Shown here: positions 37,461 to 48,269 of the stretch, piece by piece | Numbering within the stretch: the stretch's first letter is position 1 | Layout of the letters: each line of letters begins with the position of its first letter | Assembly (NCBI RefSeq): GCF_038025025.1 | Contig: NW_027117343.1 | Coordinates: forward strand, 1,798,001-1,862,000 | Direction: 5' to 3' | Length of the DNA stretch: 64,000 nucleotides | Origin: Phyllosticta citribraziliensis | Taxonomy: Eukaryota | Notes under the pieces: generated by a model | What the model was told of the DNA's origin: nothing | The model's database searches: none | Seen by the model: only the letters and a program-made list of their open reading frames with translations | Translations under genes and position numbers: made by a program

Positions 37461-38669
37461 ATGTCCACCACCAAGACCTACAAGATTGCCTCTATCCCTG
37501 CCGATGGCATTGGTCCAGAGGTGGTAGAGGCGGGAATCGAGGTCCTGCAAACCCTTTCGGAGACGCTGCAGTCCTTCAAGTTTGACTTTACCAACTTTGA
37601 CTGGAGTTCGGAGCGGTACAAGAAGACTGGCCACTACATCCCCGAAGGCGGACTCGACGAGTTGCGCAAGCACGATGCCATTTTGTTCGGAGCTGTTGGA
37701 GCACCCGGTGAGTTGGCCAGCTGCTTAAGTTAAAACGGCAAATCGCTTATTCTTCCCAGACGTACCGGACCACATCTCGCTGTGGGGGCTGCGTCTAGCC
37801 ATCTGCCAAACCTTCCAGCAATACGCCAACGTCAGACCGACCAAGGTGTTCCGCGGCACGCAATCTCCGCTGCGCAATTGCGGCACTGGCGACCTGGACT
37901 GGGTCATCATCCGCGAGAACAGCGAAGGCGAGTACGCCGGCCAAGGTGGACGATCGCACCGCGGCAAGCCCTGGGAGACTGCAACCGAAGTCTCCATCTT
38001 CACGCGCCACGGAGTGGAGCGTCTGATGCGCTTCGCTTTCCAGACGGCGCAAAGCCGGCCCAGGAAGCTGATCACCGTTGTTACCAAGAGCAATGCCCAG
38101 CGCCACGGAATGGTGCTGTGGGACGAGGTCGCCAAGGACGTCGCGAAGGACTTTCCCGACGTCAAGGTCGACAAGATGCTCGTGGACGCCATGACGACTC
38201 GGATGGTGCTCGATCCTGCTTCTCTGGACACCATCGTCGCCACAAACCTGGTAAACCTTGGTTGACTCTCTCCGCATACCTTTTCGCTAACATCCACCAG
38301 CACGCCGACATCCTGTCTGACCTGGCCGCCGCTCTGGCCGGCTCGATTGGCATCGCGCCCACGTCAAACCTGGACCCCAGCAGGGAGAACCCGTCCATGT
38401 TCGAGCCGATCCACGGCTCCGCCTTCGACATCACCGGCAAGGGCGTTGCCAATCCTGTCGGCACTTTCTGGACTGCCGCTGAGATGCTTGCGTGGCTAGG
38501 CGAGAAGGACGCGAGCGAGAAGCTGCTGCTGGCCGTCGAGAACGTTTGTGCCAGCGGCATCGTGACCAAGGACCTTGGTGGAAACGCCAAGACGAAGGAA
38601 GTCACTACGGCCGTGCAAGCAGAGATCAAGAAGAGGTTTGGCGCAAACGGAGTAAATGGTAGCATCTAG
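37461..38669 (+). CDS. Tartrate dehydrogenase/decarboxylase (D-malate dehydrogenase-like), isocitrate/isopropylmalate dehydrogenase family; introns 37708-37759, 38251-38300
   Basis: IPADGIGPEV, DHISLWGLRL, QYANVRP, RENSEGEYAGQGGR, TKSNAQRHGMVLWD, FEPIHGSAFDI. The SLWGL and TKSN signatures point to the tartrate DH subgroup. Confidence 0.88.
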
Positions 38670-39521
38670 AATGTGCCGAGATAGATTGGACGACGAAATG
38701 ACCTCTTGAGCCTTCTAGAGATTTGTAAATAGGTTGGCGCAATTTGATTGGTATAGCACTCAGTGAATTCCGATGGTCAGTAAATCTCGCAATGATTTCG
38801 AGTAGCGCTCTGTTTTCGAATATTAAATGTGGTGTCGTCGCTGGGGTAACGACGTCGGAGTCGACGAGTAGCAAGACCGGCGCAGCTGCAAAGGACAACA
38901 TCATCAACTAGTCCGGTCCAAGGCGTCGAAGCGGTCTTTCAAGCACCGTGCAAGGGGCAGAAAGATGTCACGATAGACCGCGGCAGCATCGTCTCGGAGT
39001 AGCTTCAAGACCGCGCAGAAAAAAGAATGCGCTCAAAAAGCACAAGATTTGAGAAACAAACAGGAGCAGAGAGCGAATGAAAAATGAAAGGGGAGAGGGC
39101 TGGAAGCAGTGTGGTCGCTGTGGCGCACGCCGGTGTCGTTTGGGGTACCCCATTTCGTCAGCGCTACACCACCTCCACAATGCAGTTTGCGTGCTGGTCT
39201 CTGCACGTCAAACGGCCATGGCAGCCTCTCCACCATCGATCACCTAGAACGAAATTTGTACAAGTCGGCTCTGATTGTGAGGCGCAGCTGCCTGGCAACA
39301 CGGATGGTCGAGGCCAGTCCTGGATACACGGTGCGGCGACGCCGGCATGGACTAGAAGCCAGATCACATGGCTGGAGTGCCCCATCGTGGGTTTCATGAT
39401 CGATGCTTCGTGCGAAAGGCGACGGAAGTTTTGTGTGGGGGAGTAGGCACGATAAAGAGATTGGAATTTCTCGCGGGATTCCGTCTCTCACGCAGTTCTT
39501 GCATTGCATCACTTTGTCAAG

Positions 39522-42320
39522 ATGCGTTCGCTCGGCAGTGTTTTGTCTGTTAGCTCTTTGCTTCTCCACTCGGCCAGCGCGGCTCCGGCACTCCTTCCTT
39601 CATTGCCCACTGATGGACTCATCGCTACCCCTAATTTGCCGGGTGTTGATTCGCTGGCAAACACTGATGCTTTGACCGGAACCACTGATGGCCTTAACAT
39701 CGTTAAGAAGGGTCTTCTTCCCACGTTGCCTACCGATGGACTCGTCGCTACTCCCGACCTGACGGCCGTCGATGGCCTGACCGACACGGATGGACTGACA
39801 GACACGGAATCCTTGACCGGAGCTACCGACAGCCTGAACATCGTCAAGAAGGGTCTTTTGCCTGCGTTGGACAAGATTGTCGCCGCTCCTGGTTCCCTGG
39901 CGCCTGGATTGGACAATGGCGCAATTCCCGGAGTTACTCAACTCGCCAACAGCTTCAAGAGGGGACTTTTGCCCTCTGGAATCCTGCCTACCAACGGGCT
40001 TGCCACTACTCCAGATGTGACCAGTGTTGATTCTCTGGCCGGCACAGAAGGGTTGACAAACACGGATATGGGCTCCGTCGCGAACACTGACGGGCTGGCA
40101 AACACCGACTCTTTGACCGGAGCGACCCCAGATCTGACCAAGGGCGTCGACTCGTTGGCCAACACTGTAACCCTGGGCGGAATCACCCAAGGCTTCAATG
40201 TCGTCAAAAAAGGACTCTTGCCATCCGGTCTCTTGCCCACCAATGAACTTACCACTACCCCAGATGTGGCCGGTGTTGATTCTCTGGGAGGTACAGATGA
40301 GTTGACGAACACAGACGCCTTGACTGGAACGACCCCTGACCTGACGAAAGGTGTGGATTCCGTTACCCTGGGTGGCGTCACTCAAGGCTTCAACGTTGTC
40401 AAGAAGGGTCTCCTACCCGCCTTGGATGAATTGGTCGCCGCTCCGGGTGCTTTGACGGGATCCTCTGAGACTGATGCGATTCCCGGCATCACTGAGCTTG
40501 CCAACAGCTTCAAGAGGGGCCTCTTGCCTTCTGCAATCTTGCCGACCGGTGGCGAGGGGCTTGTTCCTGCTCCAGAGCTGGGTTCTTTGGCCGACACCGA
40601 CGTTCTGACTGAAGACACTCCGGACCTGGATATTCTCGAAAGGGGCCTCATGCCCACCGGGTTGTTGCCAACCAGCAACGAGGGTCTTGTTCCGACTCCA
40701 GACCTGCATTCGGTCGTTAACACTGACGCGCTGGGAGGAACTCCGAATCTGAACATTCTCACCCGAGGTCTTCTGCCCAGCGGGCTGCTGCCGACCAAGG
40801 GCGAAGGACTCGTGCCTACCCCAGACCTTCACTCCGTGGCCGACACCAACTCTTTGACCGATGGAATTCCGAATCTCAACATCCTCACGCGTGATCTTTT
40901 GAAATCGGGCATTCTGCCGACCGACGATCTCCTCAAGACGCCCGAAGCCTTGGGAGGCATCAATTCTCTGGCGGACACGGATGCCTTCATGGGAGCAACC
41001 GACGATCTCACCGCCATGGAAAAGAGAGGACTGGTCAAGGCCCTCACTGGCTCAGTCGACACGCTGTCTAAGCAGGTCAGCAAAGCCACGAGCACCAACG
41101 ACATTTTGAACCTGTTGGTCTCCGCCATCCCAGCCATTGCGGCGCCGACGAACGTGACTGCGCTCGTGGACACCCTTCAATCGATCTGGGGCTCTTCCCC
41201 TTCCAACTGGTACTCTGCGCTCGGTGCCCAGATCTTGGCCGGTGTCATCCCTGAAATTTCTCTGGGCAGCTTGACGACTGTTGTCGATCCCATCACGGGC
41301 ACCAGCTCTGTCACGAACAGTAACACCCGGGAGCCATCTGAGCCAGTATTCCCCCAGAAAGGCGTCAAGGACGCGCCCTACTCGCTGAGTGAGGCCGAGC
41401 TGCGCGAAATCATCTACTTCCCTGAAGAGTTCACCTACGGGCAGAAGCAGCCAGTCATTCTCATTCCGGGCACTGGCGTCTACGGCGGCGAAACTTTTGA
41501 GCACAACTGGGCGAAGCTGTTGAAAGACGTCGACTACGCCGATCCCCTCTGGCTCAACATCCCTAAGGCTTCGCTCCCGGATGCGCAGATCAACTCGGAG
41601 TACGTCGCATACGCCATCAACTACGTTGCCGGCATCACGAACCGCAACGTCAGCATCCTCACGTATTCCCAGGGTGGTCCAAATGCGCAGTGGGCCCTCA
41701 CCTTCTGGCCTTCCACTCGGAACGTCGTGTCCAACTTCTTCGGCGTGTCGGCCGACTTCCGCGGCACCGTCATGGCCAATCTGCTCTGCGTCAACCTCGG
41801 CGGCTCTACTGGCATCGGTCCCTGCGATCCATCCGTCATCCAGCAAGAGTACACAGCCGACTACGTAAAGGCCATGCGCAAGAAGGATTCTGGGTCGGCT
41901 TGGGTGCCCACGACGACGTTTTACACCGGTCTCTTCGACGAGATCGTGCAACCGCAGGGGGGCTCGGGCGGCTCGGGATACAGGTTCGACGTTCGCGATG
42001 TGGGCGTGACAAACAACCAGGCGCAGCTGGTATGTCCTGGGAAGCTTGCCGGCAGCTTCTACGGCCACGCCGCCATGCTGTACAACCCCATCACGTTTGC
42101 CCTGGTCAAGGACGCCTTGATCAACGGTGGTCCCGGCCAAGTGAAGAGGATTGACCTGGACGAGGTCTGCCCGCTCTACATCACTCCCCAGCTGTCGCTG
42201 ACGGACGCCATTTTGACCTCTGGAACGATCATCTTGGCTGGCATCAGGGTGTTGGCTTACTTTCCCAAGTACGTGACCGAGCCGGCCTTGATGGCGTATG
42301 TGAATAACGACGTTTCTTGA
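39522..42320 (+). CDS. Secreted CalB-type lipase (lipase B) preceded by ~480 aa of repeated peptide units with basic junctions
   Basis: Signal peptide MRSLGSVLSVSSLLLHSASA; lipase motifs PVILIPGTG, DAQINSEYVAYAIN, TYSQG (Ser at 41667), DFRGT, DEIVQPQ (Asp), GHAAML (His), corresponding to CalB TWSQG/D/H. Confidence 0.9.
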   Translation: MRSLGSVLSVSSLLLHSASAAPALLPSLPTDGLIATPNLPGVDSLANTDALTGTTDGLNIVKKGLLPTLPTDGLVATPDLTAVDGLTDTDGLTDTESLTGATDSLNIVKKGLLPALDKIVAAPGSLAPGLDNGAIPGVTQLANSFKRGLLPSGILPTNGLATTPDVTSVDSLAGTEGLTNTDMGSVANTDGLANTDSLTGATPDLTKGVDSLANTVTLGGITQGFNVVKKGLLPSGLLPTNELTTTPDVAGVDSLGGTDELTNTDALTGTTPDLTKGVDSVTLGGVTQGFNVVKKGLLPALDELVAAPGALTGSSETDAIPGITELANSFKRGLLPSAILPTGGEGLVPAPELGSLADTDVLTEDTPDLDILERGLMPTGLLPTSNEGLVPTPDLHSVVNTDALGGTPNLNILTRGLLPSGLLPTKGEGLVPTPDLHSVADTNSLTDGIPNLNILTRDLLKSGILPTDDLLKTPEALGGINSLADTDAFMGATDDLTAMEKRGLVKALTGSVDTLSKQVSKATSTNDILNLLVSAIPAIAAPTNVTALVDTLQSIWGSSPSNWYSALGAQILAGVIPEISLGSLTTVVDPITGTSSVTNSNTREPSEPVFPQKGVKDAPYSLSEAELREIIYFPEEFTYGQKQPVILIPGTGVYGGETFEHNWAKLLKDVDYADPLWLNIPKASLPDAQINSEYVAYAINYVAGITNRNVSILTYSQGGPNAQWALTFWPSTRNVVSNFFGVSADFRGTVMANLLCVNLGGSTGIGPCDPSVIQQEYTADYVKAMRKKDSGSAWVPTTTFYTGLFDEIVQPQGGSGGSGYRFDVRDVGVTNNQAQLVCPGKLAGSFYGHAAMLYNPITFALVKDALINGGPGQVKRIDLDEVCPLYITPQLSLTDAILTSGTIILAGIRVLAYFPKYVTEPALMAYVNNDVS
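39582..41027 (+). repeat. Ten degenerate coding repeats (37-83 aa), mostly starting GLLP and ending KK/KR/ER/TR
   Basis: Recurring junctions NIVKK|GLLP (x2), NSFKR|GLLP (x2), NVVKK|GLLP (x2), DILER|GLMP, NILTR|GLLP, NILTR|DLLK, AMEKR|GLVK. Confidence 0.92.
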
Positions 42321-42737
42321 TAACATGCATTGGTGCGGAAAAGGCGGTGCATTGAGCGAGGAGTTGCTTGGCGTTGTTTTCTGTTTGATTGTTCATTTCC
42401 TTTCGACGTTTAGATTTTTGCTTCGCTGCAAGTAGATTCTGCATTGATCAATCGCACTGTTGTTGGCTTTGTCGAGTGCTTCCATTGCATGTGAGTGCGA
42501 AATCGGCGAGCTTGTTGCAGATGCCGATCTTCCCCGCAATACGTCATATGTTCCGATTCGTCCACACGGCGGCAGCGGAAACTTGATACGCGCATTGCGA
42601 GATTGAAGCTAGCTGCCGAATTCCGAGGAGCGGCTGGCTATCATTCAAATCAGCAATCGTCCTCAATGTTCATGTAGCCAAGTATCCGCAGCCTTTTTTG
42701 TACTCTCAGCAGCGTCCAGCTTTCCATTGAACAGCCA

Positions 42738-44054
42738 ATGTCTTCCGCAACGGTTCCCGTGGCATCTGCCCCGCCTGAGCGTAAATATGGCCAATATCAA
42801 AACGAGATATACGCCAAGGGCATGTTTCAAAGCCAATTCTCCGACGTGACGACCGATCCGAACAAGCTGGAGGCCCAAGCGAAGGAGATCTTGAGCGCGC
42901 GGGCTTATGCCTACGTGGGCGGTGGAGCGGGGGAGCGCGCCACCATGGATGCAAATCGGGCTGCTTTCAGATCTTGGAAGGTGAGTCTTTTTTTTTGATT
43001 TGACATCAGCAGCTCGCATCAATGCAGCTGACATGGGACGAATCTGTAGCTTGTCCCGCGCATGCTTGTGCCAACAACACCTCGTGACATGCGAGTCACG
43101 ATTTTTGGGCAGCAATACGATAGCCCTCTTCTCTTCTCGCCGGTCGGGGTACAATCCATATTTCATGAAGACAAAGAGACGGGCGTCGCGGAGATCGCTG
43201 CAGAGCTCGGGGTGCCGTACATTATGAGTACAGCAGCGAGCTCCACCATTGAAGAGGTTGCACGAGCCAGTGGAAATGGCAAAAGGTGGTTTCAGCTGTA
43301 CTGGCCATTGGACGACGAGATCACCATCTCAATTCTGAAGCGCGCCAAGGAGAACGGCTTTTCGGTGTTGGTCGTCACACTCGATACCTGGACGCTAGCC
43401 TGGAGGCCGTGGGACTTGGACAATGGCTACGTTCCGTTTGTCAAGGGCGTTGGCAACTCGGTCGGCTTTTCGGATCCTGTCTTCAGGCGCAAATTCAAGG
43501 AGAAACACGGCAAAGAAGTCGACGAAGATATTCTCACGGCCAGCAGAGAATGGGCGGCGACTGCATTCTCAGGAGCGTCGCACACTTGGGATGAGGTGGA
43601 GTTGCTCAAGAAGCATTGGGACGGCCCAATTGTTCTCAAAGGAATTCAGCATCCAGCAGATGCGGCCAAGGCGGCGGAAATCGGCGTGGACGGCATCATT
43701 GTGTCGAACCATGGCGGAAGGCAACTCGATGGAGCCATTGGGTCGTTGTCAATGCTGCCAGAGATTGCCGATGCGGTCGGCGACAAGTTGACTGTGCTCT
43801 TCGACAGCGGTGCCAGGACAGCTGTCGACATCATCAAGGCTTTATCTCTGGGAGCAAAGGGTGTCTGCATCGGAAGGCCATGGGTGTACGGCCTAGGGAT
43901 AGCCGGCAAAGTCGGAGCCAAAAGCGTGATGCAAGGACTGCTCGCAGACCTGGATCAAAGCATGGGTTTGGCAGGCATCCAGAACACCAAGGGCTGCAAC
44001 CGTGATGTGCTGAGGCAGATTGATTATCCTGGAGATAAGGCGTCTTCGAGTTGA
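42738..44054 (+). CDS. FMN-dependent alpha-hydroxy acid oxidase/dehydrogenase (lactate 2-monooxygenase-like); intron 42981-43049
   Basis: YVGGGAG, LVPRML, PVGVQ, WFQLY, LVVTLDT, VLKGI, VSNHGGRQLDG, DSGAR, GRP motifs of the FMN_dh family. Confidence 0.93.
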
Positions 44055-44457
44055 ATTTGGACATGAAGCCACTTAGACAAGGTACATGTAGACCACAGGA
44101 AACAGCCGTCATGGTGCTATCATCGGTATGATTGGGCTGTGCCGTTGCGCGTCGGTTCGAGGTCCAGGTAGTGAAAACGAGGAGATCCACTGAGCGTTGA
44201 AACCAAAAGTCTTGTCGTGTCTGATCGTTGGTGTGCGAGTTTGACGAGGTGAGGCCCGCACAAGATGTCTGGTCCTCGCGCAACACCTCGACCCAAACAG
44301 GCTAGCGCGGCGGAAAATCAGAATAAGCGAGGCGCCGAGCGAGGGCTCTTCGCACCCAACTTTTCGATATACGTCTGGAGCTGCCGACGACGACAATCCC
44401 CGCGACGACGCACCACCCTCCTCCCCACCGACCGTTACATCCCCGTAAACCGATACA

Positions 44458-45248
44458 ATGGCTTCCAGAGGGTACGTCGCCCCCGCTGCGAATTCCGTCC
44501 TCGAGGACGCCCGTCGACCGAAATGCGCGGATCGCCCGACTTGAGCGTGGGGAAATGGCTTTGCACATGAGATGCTGACGTTTTATTTCGCAGTCGCGCC
44601 GCCACCGGCAACAAGCTGAAGATGACCCTCGGTCTCCCTGTGTACGTTGCCCACCGATGACATCTCCCGACGAGCAGGAACACCAAAGGCCCGAACGACC
44701 GAAACGAACACGCGCAAGGACACGCCGAGGATGGATGGGCTGACTGTGGAATAGCGGAGCCGTCATGAACTGCTGCGACAACTCCGGCGCCAGGAACCTG
44801 TACATCATCTCCGTCAAGGGCTTCGGTGCGCGCCTCAACCGTCTGCCGGCCGGTGGTGTCGGTGACATGGTCATGGCCACCGTCAAGAAGGGCAAGCCTG
44901 AGCTCAGGAAGAAGGTCATGCCCGCCGTCATTGTCCGCCAGAGCAAGCCCTGGAGGAGGTCCGACGGCATCTACCTCTACTTCGAGGACAACGCTGGTGT
45001 GGTACGTACAACTTGGGCGGACAGAGGAAACGGACGGTTTCGAGGGTTTGGGTACACATTTTCTGACGGAATTTCACGCAGATTGTCAACCCCAAGGGTG
45101 ACATGAAGGGTTCGGCCATCACCGGCCCCGTCGGCAAGGAGGCTGCTGAGCTGTGGCCCGTAAGTCTCCGCACGCGCACGCCTCAAATCATGGCAATTTC
45201 TAACAACCTCGACAGCGTATCGCCTCCAACTCGGGTGTTGTCATGTAA
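44458..45248 (+). CDS. RPL23: 60S ribosomal protein L23 (uL14), 5 exons (44458-44471, 44594-44641, 44755-45001, 45082-45159, 45216-45248)
   Basis: Spliced product [37 protein letters not shown]...[43 protein letters not shown]. Confidence 0.97.
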
Positions 45249-45954
45249 ACGTCGATCCAAGCTTAAGGGGGGGCTCCTTTCATCGGTTCTCGTGGGAATT
45301 CAAAACACAGGCGATTATGTTGCATTTTTGGTCGCCAGGGCCGGGGTTCATAGTGGTGGGCGACGGAAAGACTACTACTGCGCGGTAGCGATCGAAGAAA
45401 CGAATGAACTCACAATACCCAAACCAATCCGATTCGACCTTGGTCTTGCGCGCAGCCGTGTAGGAGTTGGGAGTTTTGGATAGGGATGTTGACGCTTCGA
45501 ACTTCGAACGCACCACGCATTGAGCCTGGCCGGGATCTCGTATCGAGTTGAAGACCAGCAGATACGACTAGCAAGCGCCATTCGCCTCGAGAATCCAGCA
45601 GGAATTCAGAATACCGCTTGTCGACGGCTTTACATTCTCAGTCCGAGAGCCTCAAATGGTCCGTCCAAAATGGTCGACTCTCAAAGTGCCATGAAAGATT
45701 GCTGAAGCCGCAACTCGCGACCACTTTTGATGTCTTGCTTCCAATCAATGAGCGCCTGTAGCTGACCCCACAAGCTTGTGACGCCGCACCTCCAGCAGGA
45801 GCTCCTGTACTGTCGAAATGCCTCATGAATTCCCAACCCCAAAGCCAGACCCAAAACCCCAAAACACCGCAAGCACCGCCCATGCCCTGAAGCCCCACGA
45901 AACCACGCAAGCAAAGCCCCTCCGCACGCAACCACCATGGCCATAACGCCCACG

Positions 45955-46625
45955 CTAATACCGATATCTAGTCGAGTAGTCCTTGGGGCTGACGACCAAA
46001 CCACGGCCCTTCTTGGCGCCGCGGTAGATGGTCTCGATGATGTCAATCAGCTCCTGCTTGTCCTCGAGCACCCAGTTGAGCTTGTTGTTGTTGCCCGTGC
46101 CGAAGTCGCACATCATGTGCTTGTTGCGGTAGAAGAACATGATGGTCATGGGGTCGTAGAGCTCTGCGCGGAGAGGGGCGTTAGCAAGGCGGGAGGGAAG
46201 ATTGTGAGGGTGGATCGGACTGGTACTCACCGTACATCTGGTTGAAGTCGGGCACCTCGTCTGCGCGCACACAGCGTCAGCACACCCATAGTCAAGAAAA
46301 ATGACACCCAAACGCGCCCAACACAGCATTCAACACTGCCTTCCAATCGAAACCGAGCAAGGACTCACCCAAATCGCACACTGCCTCTCAAGTCAGCAAA
46401 GCCTCCCAGATACACACACTTGACAGCGCGGGTGCGACACTTACAGTAGATGACGGCAAAGCTCTTGACGCGGTCGGCGATCTTGTACAGAATCTCGTCC
46501 TGGCGCATGCAGTCCGGGTCGTAGTCGCGCCCGAAGCGGATCACGACGAGCCGCTCCTCCTCGCTCATGATGGCTTGGTCGACGTGCCAGCCGGTCCGCA
46601 GGTGGGGCAGGACGACGGATCCCAT
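45955..46625 (-). CDS. DIB1: U5 snRNP thioredoxin-like protein Dib1/Dim1, 4 exons (46625-46445, 46380-46369, 46260-46231, 46163-45955)
   Basis: MGSVVLPHL..WHVDQAIMSEEERLVVIRFG; spliced YLCDLDEVPDFNQMYELYDP; DFGTGNNNKLNW..RGAKKGRGLVVSPKDYSTRYRY*. Confidence 0.96.
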
Positions 46626-48020
46626 GGTTGTTTTGCGGTTGCGGGTGCGGTTTTGGTGGAAGCGGCGGGGGTCGAGTTTTTGGGACGGCGCGTGAGAGGC
46701 GGGTTTTTTTTGGGCGTGTGGCGAGTGCGCAGGAGTTGTGGAGAGAAAGTTCGAGCTGGAGGGCGAGTGAGGCGCACGCGGAGTAGGCTGGTGGGCTTGA
46801 TGGTGGTTGTGGAGAAGTGTGTGGAAGCGTTGGTGGGCAGGGTGCTGGGTTCAGTTGGTGAGGACCATCTTATCTGATCGCCGCGAGATCTGCCTGGTCG
46901 CCTGCCGCCCCGACGACGTCCCAGGGCATTGCTGCTCACCATACACATCATTCTGTTCTCACGACATCACATGCATCTTTCTGGCATCAACCGCTGTATC
47001 ACAAGAAGATGAACTTGATATTGTGTCTTCCTTTCTGAGATTGACGGCACCAAGTCCCAAGCATCGCGTCAACGGACCAAACAGAAATCACTGTACAGTA
47101 GGAGCTCAGCGCGAATGGAAAAGTCATGTCCCTTACAATTGAATCCTATCAAATACTTCAACACAATTACATCCATGGCACCTTGAAAACATCTCCCAGT
47201 TGTCCAACAAAGCTAATTAATACTCAACAACAACCTCCCCCGGGAAGGCACCGCATGCCATGGTCTTTGCTACCAAACATCCGAATTCGCGCACCCCAGT
47301 TACGTTTTGGTTCAAACCTCAATCTGTTGAGATGAGTCTGACAAAACCCCTGGGTTGAGGTGAGGCACATATTTGTGGTTTCCTCTCGTCATTGGTTTCT
47401 CCGCAGTGTCTCCATGAGCTCGACCCTTTGTGAACTTTGGTCCCCTGGAGTAGTCAGGGATGATTTTGGTCATGTCCCCCATGAATTGGTAGGGATCAGG
47501 CAAGGAGCTTTCATACACTGCAACAGACACATGATGGGGATCATCCGGACTCAAGCCGCCCTAGACCAGAGTACGTGCTCAGGAGCATTCAGGAGTCCAA
47601 GAGAGCAGTCATAGGGAGCATTCAAGCCGTACTCCGAAGAGCCTTGGTTGGGTTTGCAACCAAGCCACGGAACCTCTTCGCGCCCTGGCACGCGCGGGCT
47701 TCGAGTTTTACCCAGAGCCCTCAGACCCAAGGGAGGGTCCCTCTCAACCGGTTACAGATGAGGTCCCTGGGCAGAACTCGAATTCCAAGGGTATATCAAT
47801 ATGGGCCCCCTCCCGTTTTCTTGTGCTCACACCATCGACCGTATTCTCCTCACGCTCTCAAAGCTCACACACGCTTTACGCTCCAGCCACTACGTGCCTG
47901 ACCTCAACTGCACAAGCAACTCTTCCTCTCTCCCACGGCACAACAGACAACCCTCGACGCCCTCCCATCCTCAGCAAACCACTCCAAAAAACAACAAAAA
48001 ACAACAAAGTCTTCGCCAAC

Positions 48021-48269
48021 ATGCCCTCCTCCAGCACCCCCAGCACCCCCAGCAGCACGCCGCAGGCCATCAGCGTGTTTTCCAAGGACGACCGCCTCTA
48101 CCACGGCGACGAAAACGACCGCAGCACGTGGTGCCAGCTCCCCTCGTGGGCGCACCCCGGCGACAAGTGCAACTGCGGGAAGATGGAGAAGACTCGGCCA
48201 CGCGCCACGCCTTGCCCCTGGGCCAAACCCACCACCACGACCACACCTGGCGCACCTACGCGGTCGTGA
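48021..48269 (+). CDS. Possible small hypothetical protein (82 aa)
   Basis: ATG in good context (CCAACATG) after a CA-rich leader, GC3-rich codons; no known domain. Confidence 0.35.
   Translation: MPSSSTPSTPSSTPQAISVFSKDDRLYHGDENDRSTWCQLPSWAHPGDKCNCGKMEKTRPRATPCPWAKPTTTTTPGAPTRS

Noticed and set aside
39522..42320. Dikaritin RiPP cluster around the repeat protein
   Set aside because: No DUF3328/UstY oxidase, tyrosinase or transporter nearby, and the repeats lack the short aromatic core typical of dikaritins.
41052..42326. 424-aa minus-strand ORF
   Set aside because: Antisense shadow of the lipase domain.
30700..44200. Starship or transposon explanation for the accessory block
   Set aside because: No tyrosine-recombinase captain, transposase, terminal repeats or target-site duplication could be seen.
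44140..44200. GGTTCGA T-loop-like word suggesting a tRNA
   Set aside because: No T-stem pairing, D-arm or acceptor stem could be folded.
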